Shown one piece after another: positions 39,001-52,400 of a stretch of DNA of 64,000 nucleotides (positions within the stretch are counted from its first letter, which is position 1; every line of letters starts with the position of its first letter). Source of the DNA: Magallana gigas (Eukaryota); the NCBI RefSeq assembly GCF_963853765.1, contig NC_088856.1:14322001-14386000 (forward strand), written 5' to 3'. A model generated the notes under the pieces. That model saw nothing but the letters and a program-made list of their open reading frames with translations, had not been told where the DNA came from and made no database searches. The translations under genes were made by a program, and so were the position numbers.

Positions 39001-42000
39001 CACTGGTCGTCAATTAAAGCATAGATGCGTAAACGTTGTGAAGGGGTTTCTTTCGGATATACATCCACAAGAACAGCCTTTGCACATGAACGTCCGGTGA
39101 ACTGCGCACCACATAGCGCTGTGCACTTTGTGAGGATGTTTTTGCCCTCCCCGCTATTCTGTATCTTGGTTTCAGGTGGATGAAGAGCTGTTAGGTGCTG
39201 TGAGCTTCCACATTCTTCGCATCTTATATCTGCTAGGAAGAACTTGAACGTATGTGTGTCTGATCCGCAACATCTGTAACACAGGTTATGTTCTCTAGGA
39301 AATAGTTTACGGTCATGAACAGATTTTTTCCTGAAAGCCCTGCACTCGTTTATGGTATGCTCGGCATCATGAATAGGGCGTCTCTTCACTGCAGTCTTAA
39401 AGTCTCTTCCTGGGTCTTTTAAATCAGTTTTCTTGACATTCACTGATTTCACGTTTGAAGTCTGCTGGTTGAAACTTGGTGTCTCTTTGACAAAGGCTTG
39501 AGTCACTTGTAAGCCAGGGTCATTCATCATAGTCGACATTTCCTTCACGAATTGACAGAATACAGTAAATGCGGGGAAGTAACTCCATGAATCGTGTTTG
39601 TATTTCGAGGTTTTCGAAGTCCTGTTATTCTGTTAACCAGGTTTTAACTTCTGAACAATTGATGGGAAGAACTCCCACTGATGAGTCAAAATAACTAAAT
39701 TGCTGGCTGTATTTTGGATTTTCCTTTATGTCAATGTTTCGGTCAAGATATCTGAGAGTTCATACAAACGTCTTGGTACGTTCGCACTGAGTCGGTGAAA
39801 ATTCGTAAGTTTAGTCTTAATTGCTGTTTCGATCAGTTCAGGTGAGCAGTATCTTTCCTCCAGTCTAGTCCATAAGGTCTCACAGCCGTGTGTAGGATTT
39901 CCTATTGACGCTGCTCGGATGTTTAGCCTGTTCCTTGGAGTTAGGGCCCAACTATCTGATAAGGAGATTAAGTTCTTCAGAGGGAGAAACTGAGGCCTCC
40001 TGAATAACTGAGTTAAAACTGGTCTTCCAGGGTACAAAGCTCTCAGATTTATCATCAAAATTGACCAGCTTATTTATCATGAGATCTTTCTTCAGTAGAA
40101 AGCTTGAAATATCAAACACAGTGTGGTTAGGGTTAAATCCATTTATCGAAGGGCAAATAAGCTTGTTTCAAGTTTCATATGGGTCTTGTCCTGACTTTAG
40201 TATTATCAGTGTCCTCAGGCTCTTTGGCCTTTTGGATATTAGTAACCTCAGCCACATCTGTGACGTCATACGCAAATGCGTAAATCTTCTCGAAAAAATC
40301 CATCCCCTCCCTCCAAAACCCGTGAATCTTTTTTAATGTAATTAAAATGTTAACTTTTGCGATACCTAGTTCCGCTGCTCTCTCGTGTTTTTTCTTGTTA
40401 TATTTTCAGAGAAACATTCATTGGTCGATCTAACCTTCCACCAACCGAATCGTCACGGCTGTAAACAAGTTTACCAGGAATGGGAGCTCTCCTGGCGTCT
40501 ATTTGGCTCACCAGTAGGGCTCAACTGTTTCCTTTTTGACTTGGTATTTGCATTTTAATCTATGCTAGGTGATCGAGCAGGTGAGCATCTTTTCGCAGGG
40601 CTCACCAGTCTTGCTTGTATTGTTTGGGGATGCCCAACAAGGCAATATTTGGTTCCTGCCCCCCTTATTGTAAGTATCTTTGGCCTAAATCGCCAATAAA
40701 ACCATTATGAGGTAATGTTTGTATTGTTATTTTTATTACTCCTATGCCTTAGGCATCTTTGATAATCAGTTTCTAGAGTTTGTCAAATTCCAATTAGCTC
40801 TTAACCTGGAATTTTTGTTCAACATTCAAAAATATAAACCAAAACATGGCTTGGGCTTCCTTTACATAACAAAGAATTGTGAGCTCTTTACCTGGCTAAT
40901 AACTTGAGGATAGACACTCAAATTGTTTTCGACAATTCTAAACAACTTACTAAAGCATTGAAAATATCAAAAATGGTAAAATAAATTTTGACAAAAATCG
41001 TGACCATTTTAGGTAGGGATGTTGTTTAAGAATATGTCAATTTAAAGAGGGAAATGACTTAATTCAATGTCTCGTCTATCTGATACCAATTGTCTGTTTT
41101 AAGCAACAGAGGACATTTGGATATAATAAGTCACACTCTCTTCAAATTAAATTTAGCTAAATCTTCAATATTGAATTTACCTGATATTTAAGTGTAATAA
41201 TAACAATACTGTACAATTTTAAATTCATACACAAGTATATGCACGTATTAGAGTTTTGAAAATCTAATCAAAACATAAAGTTGTTTACAGTATACTCATT
41301 TGAAAGAATTCGATAATATGCTATATTATGTAACTATTTCATATTACATATAAAAAATGAACCCATTTAAGTATTTGAATGCAGCTGAATATAACCATAT
41401 TATCATTTAATAATCTATATATAATCAAACAGATCAATCGAGACAAACATGCATACATGCACTTTTTAATAAACTCACATTACTGATCAGAATGTGTATA
41501 TACCAATTAGGATAAATAATTTTTTTTTTTAAAAGAATCTTTTAATTGCAAACTCATTTATTATCTTTATTATATATGATAGACCCGTTTTTATACATTA
41601 CAATGCAAAAAAAGCTGTATTCTATTTATAATTCTTAATCTAAAAAATAATCTTACTTGCTCATTGGGTATCAAGGATATTGATTATGTATGTCAGAGTC
41701 GTTTGGTTCCAGTGCTTAGTCGTTCAAAACTATTTCAAATTGAAAACGCCCTCTCCCTGAATAAATTGAGATTACAAGTAAACGCTAACGATATAGTATA
41801 CACAATGTTAAAGCATGTACAACATGCACTTCTCATGCTAGTTAGAAGATTCATATCCTGTTTTGTGGTATAAACAAATCGACATGCGTTATCAAGTTCG
41901 ATCCCGGAAATACAATACAGTCACTTCCCAGCTTCAGATACAACCACATGAATATTTTACATGCTAAAGAATATACTTAAAATGATATGAATACTACTAA

Positions 42001-45000
42001 TGACAAAGCCATTATAAGTTACATATTGTACAGACATGCACTGCCATTGTAATAAACAGTCCGCCGCATGTTTTAAATTTGTCATGTTTACGCTATAGTG
42101 TTTAAAATAAAACAAACACAACATGATCTTTATGATATAGTTCAAAGTATGATGCAGATAGAAGTGACCTTAATAGTATAGATAGCAAGATCATAAATAT
42201 ATAAGTAAAAGCAAAATAATTGTTGTGAATGTATTATGATATTCATCAATTTTGTTCAAAATCCATTAATTTTTTATCCCGCAACATTTGCTGATATCAT
42301 TACGAGCGTGGCTGCACGTTGTCAAGGACATATTATCAGATATGAAGTATTGATCAAAATTATTAAAACCTCAGAGTATTATATAGAATGTTACAATCAG
42401 GAAATGAATGGAATTACTAGTGTTATTCAATGATTTGTATTAAAACAAAGATATACCTATAGAATATTGACAGAACATTCGCACGCATTGTCATGCATAT
42501 ATAAAAAAGTGTTTACCTTTTGCTGCTATATTTCTCTTTCAGTATTTTTCCTTTCAATTTTATGAAAAAGTTAAACAAGGAAGTTACTGGGGTTGTTTTA
42601 TTTATACAGACAAGGAAATGCATGATGCATAATTAAGTGCATTTAAACCATGCAGCTATCTTATCCAGAGAATAAATGTACTAACATCGATAAATTTCTT
42701 TAAGTTTACTAGCTTTAAAAAAATTTATGCAATATTGCATAAACAATTGCCTATCATGCATTTATACATCCTTCTACTTAAAGATGTTTTAAAACAAGTT
42801 GATGTGTTTTAAAATGAAAAAACAATAAATGCACTAATGAATTAAGTGTTAAACAAAAAAGAAATCTTATATAGAATTCTTAGTTGAAAGTTACTGAATA
42901 GGAGAAAAATTCTAATATGACAAGATCCTAAAATAATTTTTTCACAAGAGATTATTCTAAAAACATATCTTAATTATCTACATCATCAAAAACCATATAC
43001 CATTTTAATGAAGTATAGTCTTAATTGTTCATTTGTCAAAAAAATTATATTTGTAATTCACTTTATGAACTTGTTTAATGTAGGTGCGATAGCTTCTTAA
43101 TCGTTTTAAGAGTAGAGATTGTAAAAACTAACTACTAGCCTCAATACAAATATTCCTTTGCAGTTAGCTTTTTACTGATATACCAGTTGGATGTCGGGAT
43201 CCTAAAAACATATAATACTACTTGCCTCGTTCTATAAAAACCAGAAACAGAATCCATAAGGGGAAATGATGAGAATTTTTAACCCCAGCGTTAACAAAGA
43301 ATGACAACGGGTTAACAAATCTAGACCTACAAAAGTCATCTGAGAACATTGTAACTTTTACAGAGACATGCAATTCGACAGTTAGTACCTAATCATTGCA
43401 TTGATGATTGTTTTTATTTTTTTATGAATAAAGAAATTCACCTATGAATATGATACATGGTTACCTCATTTCAATATTTGTAATGGAGCATGCATATTAC
43501 TGTATACTGATATTCAATTGACGTAAAATGATAAATCAATGCCACTTTAAAATATTTGTAAATATTAAAACAACTTGATATTAGATTTGGATGCATCGAT
43601 CAGTTCGAAACTTTCATAGTTCTAATTCTTATAGTATAGCGATTAACATGAAAATGGCTTAATTTGGGCGTATTTATATTCAGTGACCTGAACACTGTTT
43701 TCAAGTCAACACACAGGTTTTGAGTGTGCAAAGTTATAATGTTACTGTATAGATATTATGGTTTCACAAAGGCATTTTTTCAATAAACATAATAAGCATA
43801 TCAAACATATAAGGCAATTTTTTTATCTACATGTTTGTACATGTTCTTGTTGTAATGGGATTTTTTGGTTTTTGTGTATTCACTGTGCTAAAAATATTAT
43901 GAGAGATGTGTGGCATCTTTGGGAATAAAATTGTAAACATTTCTTATACTGGCTTGTTTCTGCCCAAATCTTACCAAAATTGATATTAAAAGATAAAAAA
44001 GCAATAAATATGAGGTTCTACATGTTGTTTCGATGCAAATGATGCTTACAAGAACAGAATAATTCTTTCTAATGACTTAGAACTGCGCAGCTGCAGACTT
44101 GAATTCAAAATTTAAAAATCTGAAAAAATGAAGGAGGAGGCCATTAATATCCACTCTACAACCATTCTTGAGAGAAAAAATCCAAGTTTGCTTATCAGAT
44201 TTTTTACTTTGTCTCAAAATAGGGTACCCAATTCTAAAAATTGGTCTCAGAAACAATCAATTTTCACGATATGTATTTTTTTGTCTCTGTCCATTAATGT
44301 TTTATTTTTATTGAAAAATATATAATCAGGTATTTATGCTTTTCTTTAAGACAATTTACTTAAATTTATACTTAGTACTTAAAAAACAAACCTGGAAATG
44401 GTATAGATATGTCTGTCATATTCAACACAGTTTGTTTTGAATTGACAATAATTGTATTTATGAAAATTCAACATCGACACAGGGGTTCTAAGTATAGACT
44501 GTTTGTTTGTTTGTTTGTCGTTTTTAGGTTCTAAAATTAGATCACATTCCGATTGATAGAAAAAGGGTACATATGCACCTTATTTTGATACAAAGTTACA
44601 TCTATAATGTCCAAAATTCAACCTCTTTTTCCTATCCAAAGGTTGTAGAGAGGACATCAATAAACCTCTGTCATAATTTTTAAAGATTATTAACATCTTC
44701 AAAAGTTATTAAAAAGAATTGCTCTGTTCTTGAAATGTAAATTGCATACAAAAACAATACATAGAACCTCATGTTCATTGCTTTTTTATCTTTTGGCAAC
44801 AGTTTTGGTCAGTTTCTGGCGGAGACATGCATATTCAAAAAATTTTACATTTTTATCCTCAAATTCACACGTTCGCTGCACATCCCTATTAAACAATTTA
44901 GATTAATAACTTTACCGATATCCTCAAGATGTTCGAAAGACGATGTTTGAAGCTTTAAAAGTACCCTGAGTCTGTAGACGACTGGGGATTTTACAAGTAT

Positions 45001-46432
45001 TTATTTGTTTGCATAGTGTAATTTATTTATTTGTATAGCTTTATTTTCGAGGTGACATCACTTGGGGTTTTTTCTTTCAACCAATGATGCAAAAAAGTGT
45101 GTGAATAACCATTCATTGACACTTGCGATGATACGATTGTAGAAATAACAGAATGGTCACTGAACCGTGAAATCTGGAGTTATTTGGTATCAGCAAAAAT
45201 CGATTTTTTTTTAGGTGGGAAATATGTACTATGAAAACTCATATTATTTTAAGCTTTTTTAGAATGATATTTTTCAAAGGAAGAAGTAAAAACTCTAGAT
45301 AATACGTAAACATTTAAACCATCAAATAAGATTAGCTAATATTTAAAAATCAATACCCTTGCACTGGATATGCATACTTGCAATTTAAACATTCATTACC
45401 TACAGCGCAGTTTAAAACGTTCATGCCCATGCACATACGGAAATAAATATAGATAACAAATTTACAGCGGACATAACAGGTAATCGTATATTTTCAGTTG
45501 CTTGCAATCTTTAATTTGAATTTATCTTATGTTTTAAATATTCAGTAAAGCGTTATTTTGTAATCCAAAACTTAGTTTTGAATGCTAAAGGAGAGAAATC
45601 TTGTGGTTTTGCTTTCGATATCGAAAGTTTTCTACTTAAAGATATTCAGCCAGGTTTTATAATGACTGCAAATTTTAAAGAGACATGTGAATCAATGCTT
45701 ATTGATTGTTTAATAAATACAGAGAAAATTGTCCATGCTGTTTATTACTTCATTTCATTGCTTGAATTTAAGCATGCTAATATCTAATTGATATATTTAT
45801 TTGACATAAAACAAATAAACTTATATTACTTTAAAGCATACTTAGATATATAGTGATCTTTGGTTAATACGATTCATTGGATGCGATCATCTGATTGAAC
45901 GCATCGGTCAGTTCCAAACTGGTTGTTATGATGTATCTGTAACTGATGTAAAATATAATTAATTTTTTGGGATTGGGAAAAAGAATCATACACATATAAG
46001 AAAACAGTTTATAGTACATGTACTTTTTGGTTTTTGTCCTTTGACTTCATTTGTTTTGTAATTAGACCAAAAAACATTGAACAACGACAGATCATATATA
46101 GCTTATCAAAGTTAGCAAAGCAACATTAGGGGTTGAAATCCGTTTATACAGATTGTAATAAGATAATTTGACAAAAAAATGTTTTCCACAATGTCCTTTA
46201 CATTTTTATAGAGACATCATTAAAAGAATAACAAAGAATATATATCATTTTTCCTTTCACAAGGTATATCATGAAACTAGATCTACATATGCTTTTTTCT
46301 TAATTCAATGGTGTTTCTGTAATTCAGTGACATTTTAGTTTAAATAAACTTCCTTCTTTGTCTATGCAGTGACAATAAATTACAGGTAAATGTCATTTTC
46401 TATTCATAATATTTTTAGATATCATAGAGGAC

Positions 46433-49400
46433 ATGGATTGTAGTCAATATTACATCACTATTTGCCTGGTAATTTTATCCACACTGACTTCGTCGGTAAG
46501 CAATAAATGATACACGGAGATGGTTAGAGAAAACTAAAAAAAAAACCGTGTACTTTAAAATTATGTATCTGTATATATTTGATCAAAGGACTATCAATTG
46601 ATGATGAATATGCAGATTGTGTGTTTATTAAATTTTGCAAAACCTATCAAGAATTTAAACTAACCTGCAGAAAGTCCACATCTAGAGCATATTAACTTGA
46701 AAGACTTCTCTGTTACGTTCTGCGTCAGAAACCTTATTCCAAAATCGACTCCCTTTCCAGTTTCCAGTTAACTGAACGTGCTTTCATTTGTATCTCTTTA
46801 TTTTGTCTATAAAGGAATAAATAAATAGATAAGTCTGCTTTGGTTACTTTACTGCCAGTGTGTAAAACTTTATTGTAGATCAATTTGCGTATTTGTTAAG
46901 TAAAAATCCCATTTCTTGCTTTGCTTTTTGTATGTTCATTATTCATAATTAACTATAAAGCAGAAAGGCATTCTCCAACTAAATCAATTATGGTGCGTAT
47001 AAACATGAAGCGTAATTTTAGAGTATAACATTTTTGTATGAATGATTTAAAACAGATATGTGTATAATTTAGAGATTAGTGAAAATATTTCTGAAACACG
47101 TTATGTATCTGTAAATACTTATCATACAATGCATTAATCCTGATTTTTTCTCAGAAAATATCATTCTTTGTAGATGTCCGAGTACGCATTCCAAATATTT
47201 TCAGTTAAACATTGTCCTAGTAGTGAAGAAGGTTGGGGAATGGCATCCTCTCGATTAGGATGTAACAGTACACATGGATATCAGTGTGTTCCTAATAAAC
47301 ATCTGACTTCTCTCATTGAGTTTTGTTACCCAAGGGGTGTCAATATCCTGTTTGAAAAAGGTTTGAAACATTCATTTTAATATGACCTTTAAATTTGTTG
47401 AATGGGATTGGTTAAATTAAAAAAAAATTATAAGCTAGTAGGACAGCATTTTAAGCCCATTCTATCAATTTCGATCCGTTTAATTTCAAATGGTTTTTTG
47501 AACTCAGGTTTTCTATATCGTTGAGGTTAATTTGAAAACATAACCATAATATGTTTTTGACATAATCAATTTCAGCTACAAAAAAGTGCATACCAAATTG
47601 CAATGTTCAGTAATATACTGCTAACATTAGATTATGTCACAAAAACGTTAACGAAATACTATCATATATATAGTATACTTGATAATATTGTTAGGATGTC
47701 GAAAGCACGTGGAACTAAATATTGTTCTGAATAAAATATAGATTGTTTTATATTTATTTTAAATTTGTATCATAGTGACGTAAAATCAAAAATCAAGCAA
47801 TTGATCCAGTCAAATTAACAATGACATTCACTAGTTCACCAAATCTTACATAATCTGCAAAATCGTTCTCTAACTGAAAAAGGTATCACTGACCAAAGGT
47901 AATAGAAAGGCCGTGTGAGAGAATTGTCTGGTAAATAGATAAGAAACCGAGATATATATATATAATGTATATACATTTACTTCAGATAAATAAAAAAAAA
48001 ATCTTATCAAAAAATTCGAAATACCTAGTTTGAAAGAACTATATATGATAAGACTTAAAGTTTGCCCCCATAATTCGCCATTTTTTTAAGTGTTTCGGGT
48101 ACAATAAAATGTTAACTAATTTTTTAGAAGAGTTGATATAAAATATATTTTTCATCTATTTATTTGATTTATTTGCACTCGCTGGCAGTATATGACGTCA
48201 GAAGTGACGCCATTTCTATAATTCAATCAATATTAGCCCAAAATTGACATTTTTCTTATCTATTTACGAATGGGAAATATAGAGCGCATGCTTAAACAAG
48301 GAAATTTTTTGGTCACTAATAGTCTTGGCTAGATACATCTCTGATTAAAATATTTTATTTGTTCAAGAATGCGCTCTATGTTTTCGGAAAGGAAAAACTG
48401 CTCGAAAACAAGCTGTTTACGCTAAAAATGCAAAAATGGCGGGAAAAGGTTGTCTTTACAATGGCATATTTACAAATTGTGGGCACTTGAATCAAAGTGA
48501 ATATTATGTAAACACATCACATACATATCTGTACTAAGAAAACAAAGAATGATAGTAAAATGATGTATTCATCTTAGGGGGCCATTTTAGGCCCTTATCA
48601 TATATAGTCCTTTAAAGTGAACATTTTGGGTTATAGATGACAGTGTAAAAAAAACATGTCTCCCAGAAACGGCATCATTTTATGAATTTGAACACCACCC
48701 TTTTTATTCGACATCAGTAATAGGGTTGTGTTGTATGCCTGTTCACCGTTATTATATTATTTGTCTTTATGAAGGGAATTGCCTAGAATTGGCTGATGAT
48801 GGAATTCTAAATCATGTTCCTTGCAACAAAATGTTTGAGTTCGGGTGTCCAGACAAATTTTATTTAAGCAACGAAATATATAAATGTAAGCAATTTTGTT
48901 TTGGTATAACTTTTCAAAGTTAATCTCACGATTTTTGCCATGTTTTTTGTTACTTTTTTGGCACTATTGGACGTGATGTGTTTCATAACATATTTAACAA
49001 TCCTTCAAAGTATGCCAGTTTATTTTTAATGGAAGTTAAAACGGCAGAAAAATAAAAAATAAATTATTTGTAAATATTTGATGCAGACTAGATAATAATC
49101 TAATTATCATATTTTTATATCAAATCTATTTCCTTCGTTTCTAGATCCAAGTTGCCTTGCAATTAATACAACGCTGAAATGTTTTTATGCCGACTTCAAT
49201 TGCATTTACTCCAAGTTAGTGTATTTCTCATTACTCGGCAAATTGTGTTTCTACGATTATATAGGAGCTCTCATGATTTGCGATGGTATATGATTTTTAA
49301 CACACAACCAGTTGGATAAAAATCATATACCATCGCAAATCATGAGAGATTCTTTTAATCGCATGCTTAACCACAAGTTAAACCTCAATCTTTTGTTAAA

Positions 49401-52400
49401 CCTCAATTTTTCTGTAAACATAATTGTGAGCATGGAAAAAAGTTCCTTGAAGATTAGCAAACAAACATTTCATTTTGTGGTATATTTTTATCAATTTATA
49501 AAAAAAAAACACCTGAACCAGCTCTAAATGCTGCACATTTATAACTCTACGCTTTTCAATTGAATTATTTTGTTACTTTTTCAATCTACGTCAATAGTCT
49601 GCATAAAGCTACTTAATGTTAAATTATGACGTCATGTGGCGTTAGAACACATAGTGGAATATCAAAAATTTATCCCATGAGTAATATCCACCGTATATTG
49701 AGATAAACATGTGATAATGGACAATATCTTGCAAAAAGTAAACATTTATCCGATGATAAAAAACATGACCAATTTAATGTCTGATAACATTATTAACGTG
49801 AATACAAAATTGATTCTTAGAGTGAATGCATGCAGCAATTCTAATTTCTGGAGAGTCAGACGGAGAGTTAATATGTTTTCATTTTAAAATAGAATATTTT
49901 GAGCAAATATGTTTCATTAAAAATAATATTAAAAACTCTATTTTTTATAAATCATATTTTTTTGGTTCTTCTTGACCAGATCTATGATAAACCAAACCAG
50001 ATATATATTAAACCAAACTAGAGTTATGATAAACGAAACATGCGAAGAAAGCCTTATTTGTGGAATGAAAAATAGCCTCCTCAACTCGTGCAATGTTACG
50101 GCTATTGTGATGGCTGTGATATTTGGTATAATTTCTTTGATACTGGCCGTTTTGCTAGTGGTATTCATCAAGAGAAGAAACGTTACAATCAAAAGAAAAA
50201 AAGGTAAAGACGTGTATTTACATTTTGTGTTTGCTTTAACTAAATTCAATAGTGTCATATTATCATCGTTTCTGTAGTTTATCTTTATGAAAAGCAATAG
50301 GGCAATGTACGAATCGCCTTCTGTCATAGTAGTATTATATATAACATATACCATATTCATATTATCTTTTATTAATGTTTAGGCTTACAAGATTTGGAAA
50401 ACGGTATGTACGTAATTCATTTCGTTCAACATCATTATGCTATAATTACATTTAGTGTATAATTCCCCTTCTGTTTACAGGGAAATCTGTGACGTTCATT
50501 TTTAATAGCTCACCAGCCCTGATCAGGGAGTATGAGTATAAGTAAACATTATCAGGCTTTTGAATACATTTATTATTGTACTGAGATCATATGAACCGTT
50601 CAAAGTTATGCAACCAATTTGATATGAACTTATAAAAATGGTAGATGAATCATATCTATTCGTTAATAAAACAAAAATATACTTCTCGACAAAGTCTATG
50701 GTATTTTTTTTAGCAGCGGAAACAAACTAAATAACATGTAAATACACGTATGCCTGTTCCATCTTTTATTCATATCCCTGCAAAAAAGAGTATATAATGG
50801 CTTTAAAGCGATACAAAAATATGTCATGCAATTAAAAACATCAATATAAAAATGAATATTAATCTTTCGAAAGTATTTTTTTAAAATTCCTTCATTCTAA
50901 TTTAAGTCTTGATAGTCACTGTCAAGAACTAAAGTGTTTTTAAGGTGGTACGGGGCATCTCTTTATATTCATGTTTGAATTTGAATTAAAGTACATTATA
51001 ATCAAAATACTCTCAGCAGTTTAAATTTAAAATTTTACAATATTTAACCAAAAATGAGTTTTAAATGTTTAATGTTTTGGAAAAGTAAAACTTTAAAAAT
51101 CCCCAGCAAGAACTCATGACTTACAGATTCGAAGTGAACCCTCTAACCCACTGGTTTTCGCTGTTAGGTGACAATTTATGGAAAGAAACTATAAAATGAC
51201 ATTTAATTTGCAATTGATTGTTTGTTTTGATAATTAGAACGTCACAACTTAGAGGTGGCCCATACTAACTTAACACCATCGTTTCAAGTAATCATTATGC
51301 ATGTTTTGGTTTTTTAATCACAGATGAGTAAAAGTAATTGCATGTTTTGTTAGAAGCATTAATCCTCCACAACACGATGCATTTTAGTGAAAATTTATGT
51401 TTCTTCATATTCGCGTAAAGTATTAAGGATTAAGAAAAACAAGAGATGTTTTTAAAACACGTATGCCCCCTTATGAAAATGCTATGGAAACATCTGCGAA
51501 GAACATGAACGGAAACTGCAAATAATGGAAACTTTCGAATTCCATGGGGCATAACTGTGTCAAAAAATGCTTTATTGTTCCCCAAAAAGCTGGATTGTAT
51601 TTAAAATTAAACTTGACCTAGATATCATTATGATAAAACTGTATACAAAATTCCATTCCAATATGTGCATCCTCTGAAAAGAAAATGAACGGAAACTGCA
51701 AATTATCTGAATTTTTCTACGTCCAAGGGGCTTAACTCTGTCGAAAATTGCTCAATCGTACCCATTACTGCCTGACGGGTCAAATACAGTACAGAGGTTA
51801 AGCAAACCGATGTGTACACGTGAGAACACTAAGTCATCAGTTTTTGTAACGGCGAATTTCGAGTAGCGTTGACAAAAAGGACTGTATTACGTAAATGAAA
51901 TAACCTTCAATGTTTACTGGAGTTGGTATAGTTTGTTCGTATACCCAGTCTGTTCTCAATGACTAGCACATCTTTATTACACAGTTAGTGTGCAGTAAAT
52001 GCCAATATGACTGTATTAAGAAACTATCCTCACAAGCAATGTGTTTATTTTTATGTCTATTTTTGTAGGAGAAAGCCATCCTCTTCAAGAAGTGAGATTT
52101 GAACAATCGGAGATAACTATTGAACCAAACGAAGAAAGAAATGGTAACAGAGCAGTTAAAAAAAGAAGCTATTCTTCATTTTCAATAATTACAATATAAA
52201 TATTACCAAAAGATTTGATGCTAAAACCACATGCATATATATTCTCATTGCTGTGGACTCATTAAAAATCGTAGGGGCGAATTTTCATGGTTTGTATAAA
52301 ATTCACAGGTTCGAGGTTCGATAATTTCGTGTATCCTCTTATACGTACAAAAGGAAATATGACTTTAAATCCTGATTTATTAATTTGCGGTGGATGTATA

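Larger units (their letters stand above)
32635..40270 (-). mobile_element. Degenerate BEL/Pao LTR retrotransposon (gag-PR-RT-RNaseH-IN, 3' LTR retained)
   Basis: Minus-strand fragments: Zn knuckle CYRCCGSDTH; protease IYALIDDQCNSTL; RT LNSVLLSGPNLTNDLLGVLLRFR...IMADIQQMFYSF and FYVDDGL; RNaseH IHLFSDAPEKAISAVVYLR...KSKIAPL; IN DLPVDRLSPGPPFSAIGVDVFGPW; pol C-terminus YIQPITELVLLIN* (about 33527-33570); PPT AGGCGGGGAG. Many frameshifts. Confidence 0.88.
32146..41010. mobile_element. TTAA-MITE split into two halves (about 32146-32350 and 40740-41010) by about 8.4 kb of nested insertions
   Basis: The left half matches the 5' half and the right half the 3' half of the intact 30608-31047 copy. 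The halves are colinear and non-overlapping, with termini GCATGGTCACGATTTTGGTCAAAA and TTTTGACAAAAATCGTGACCAT. Confidence 0.65.
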
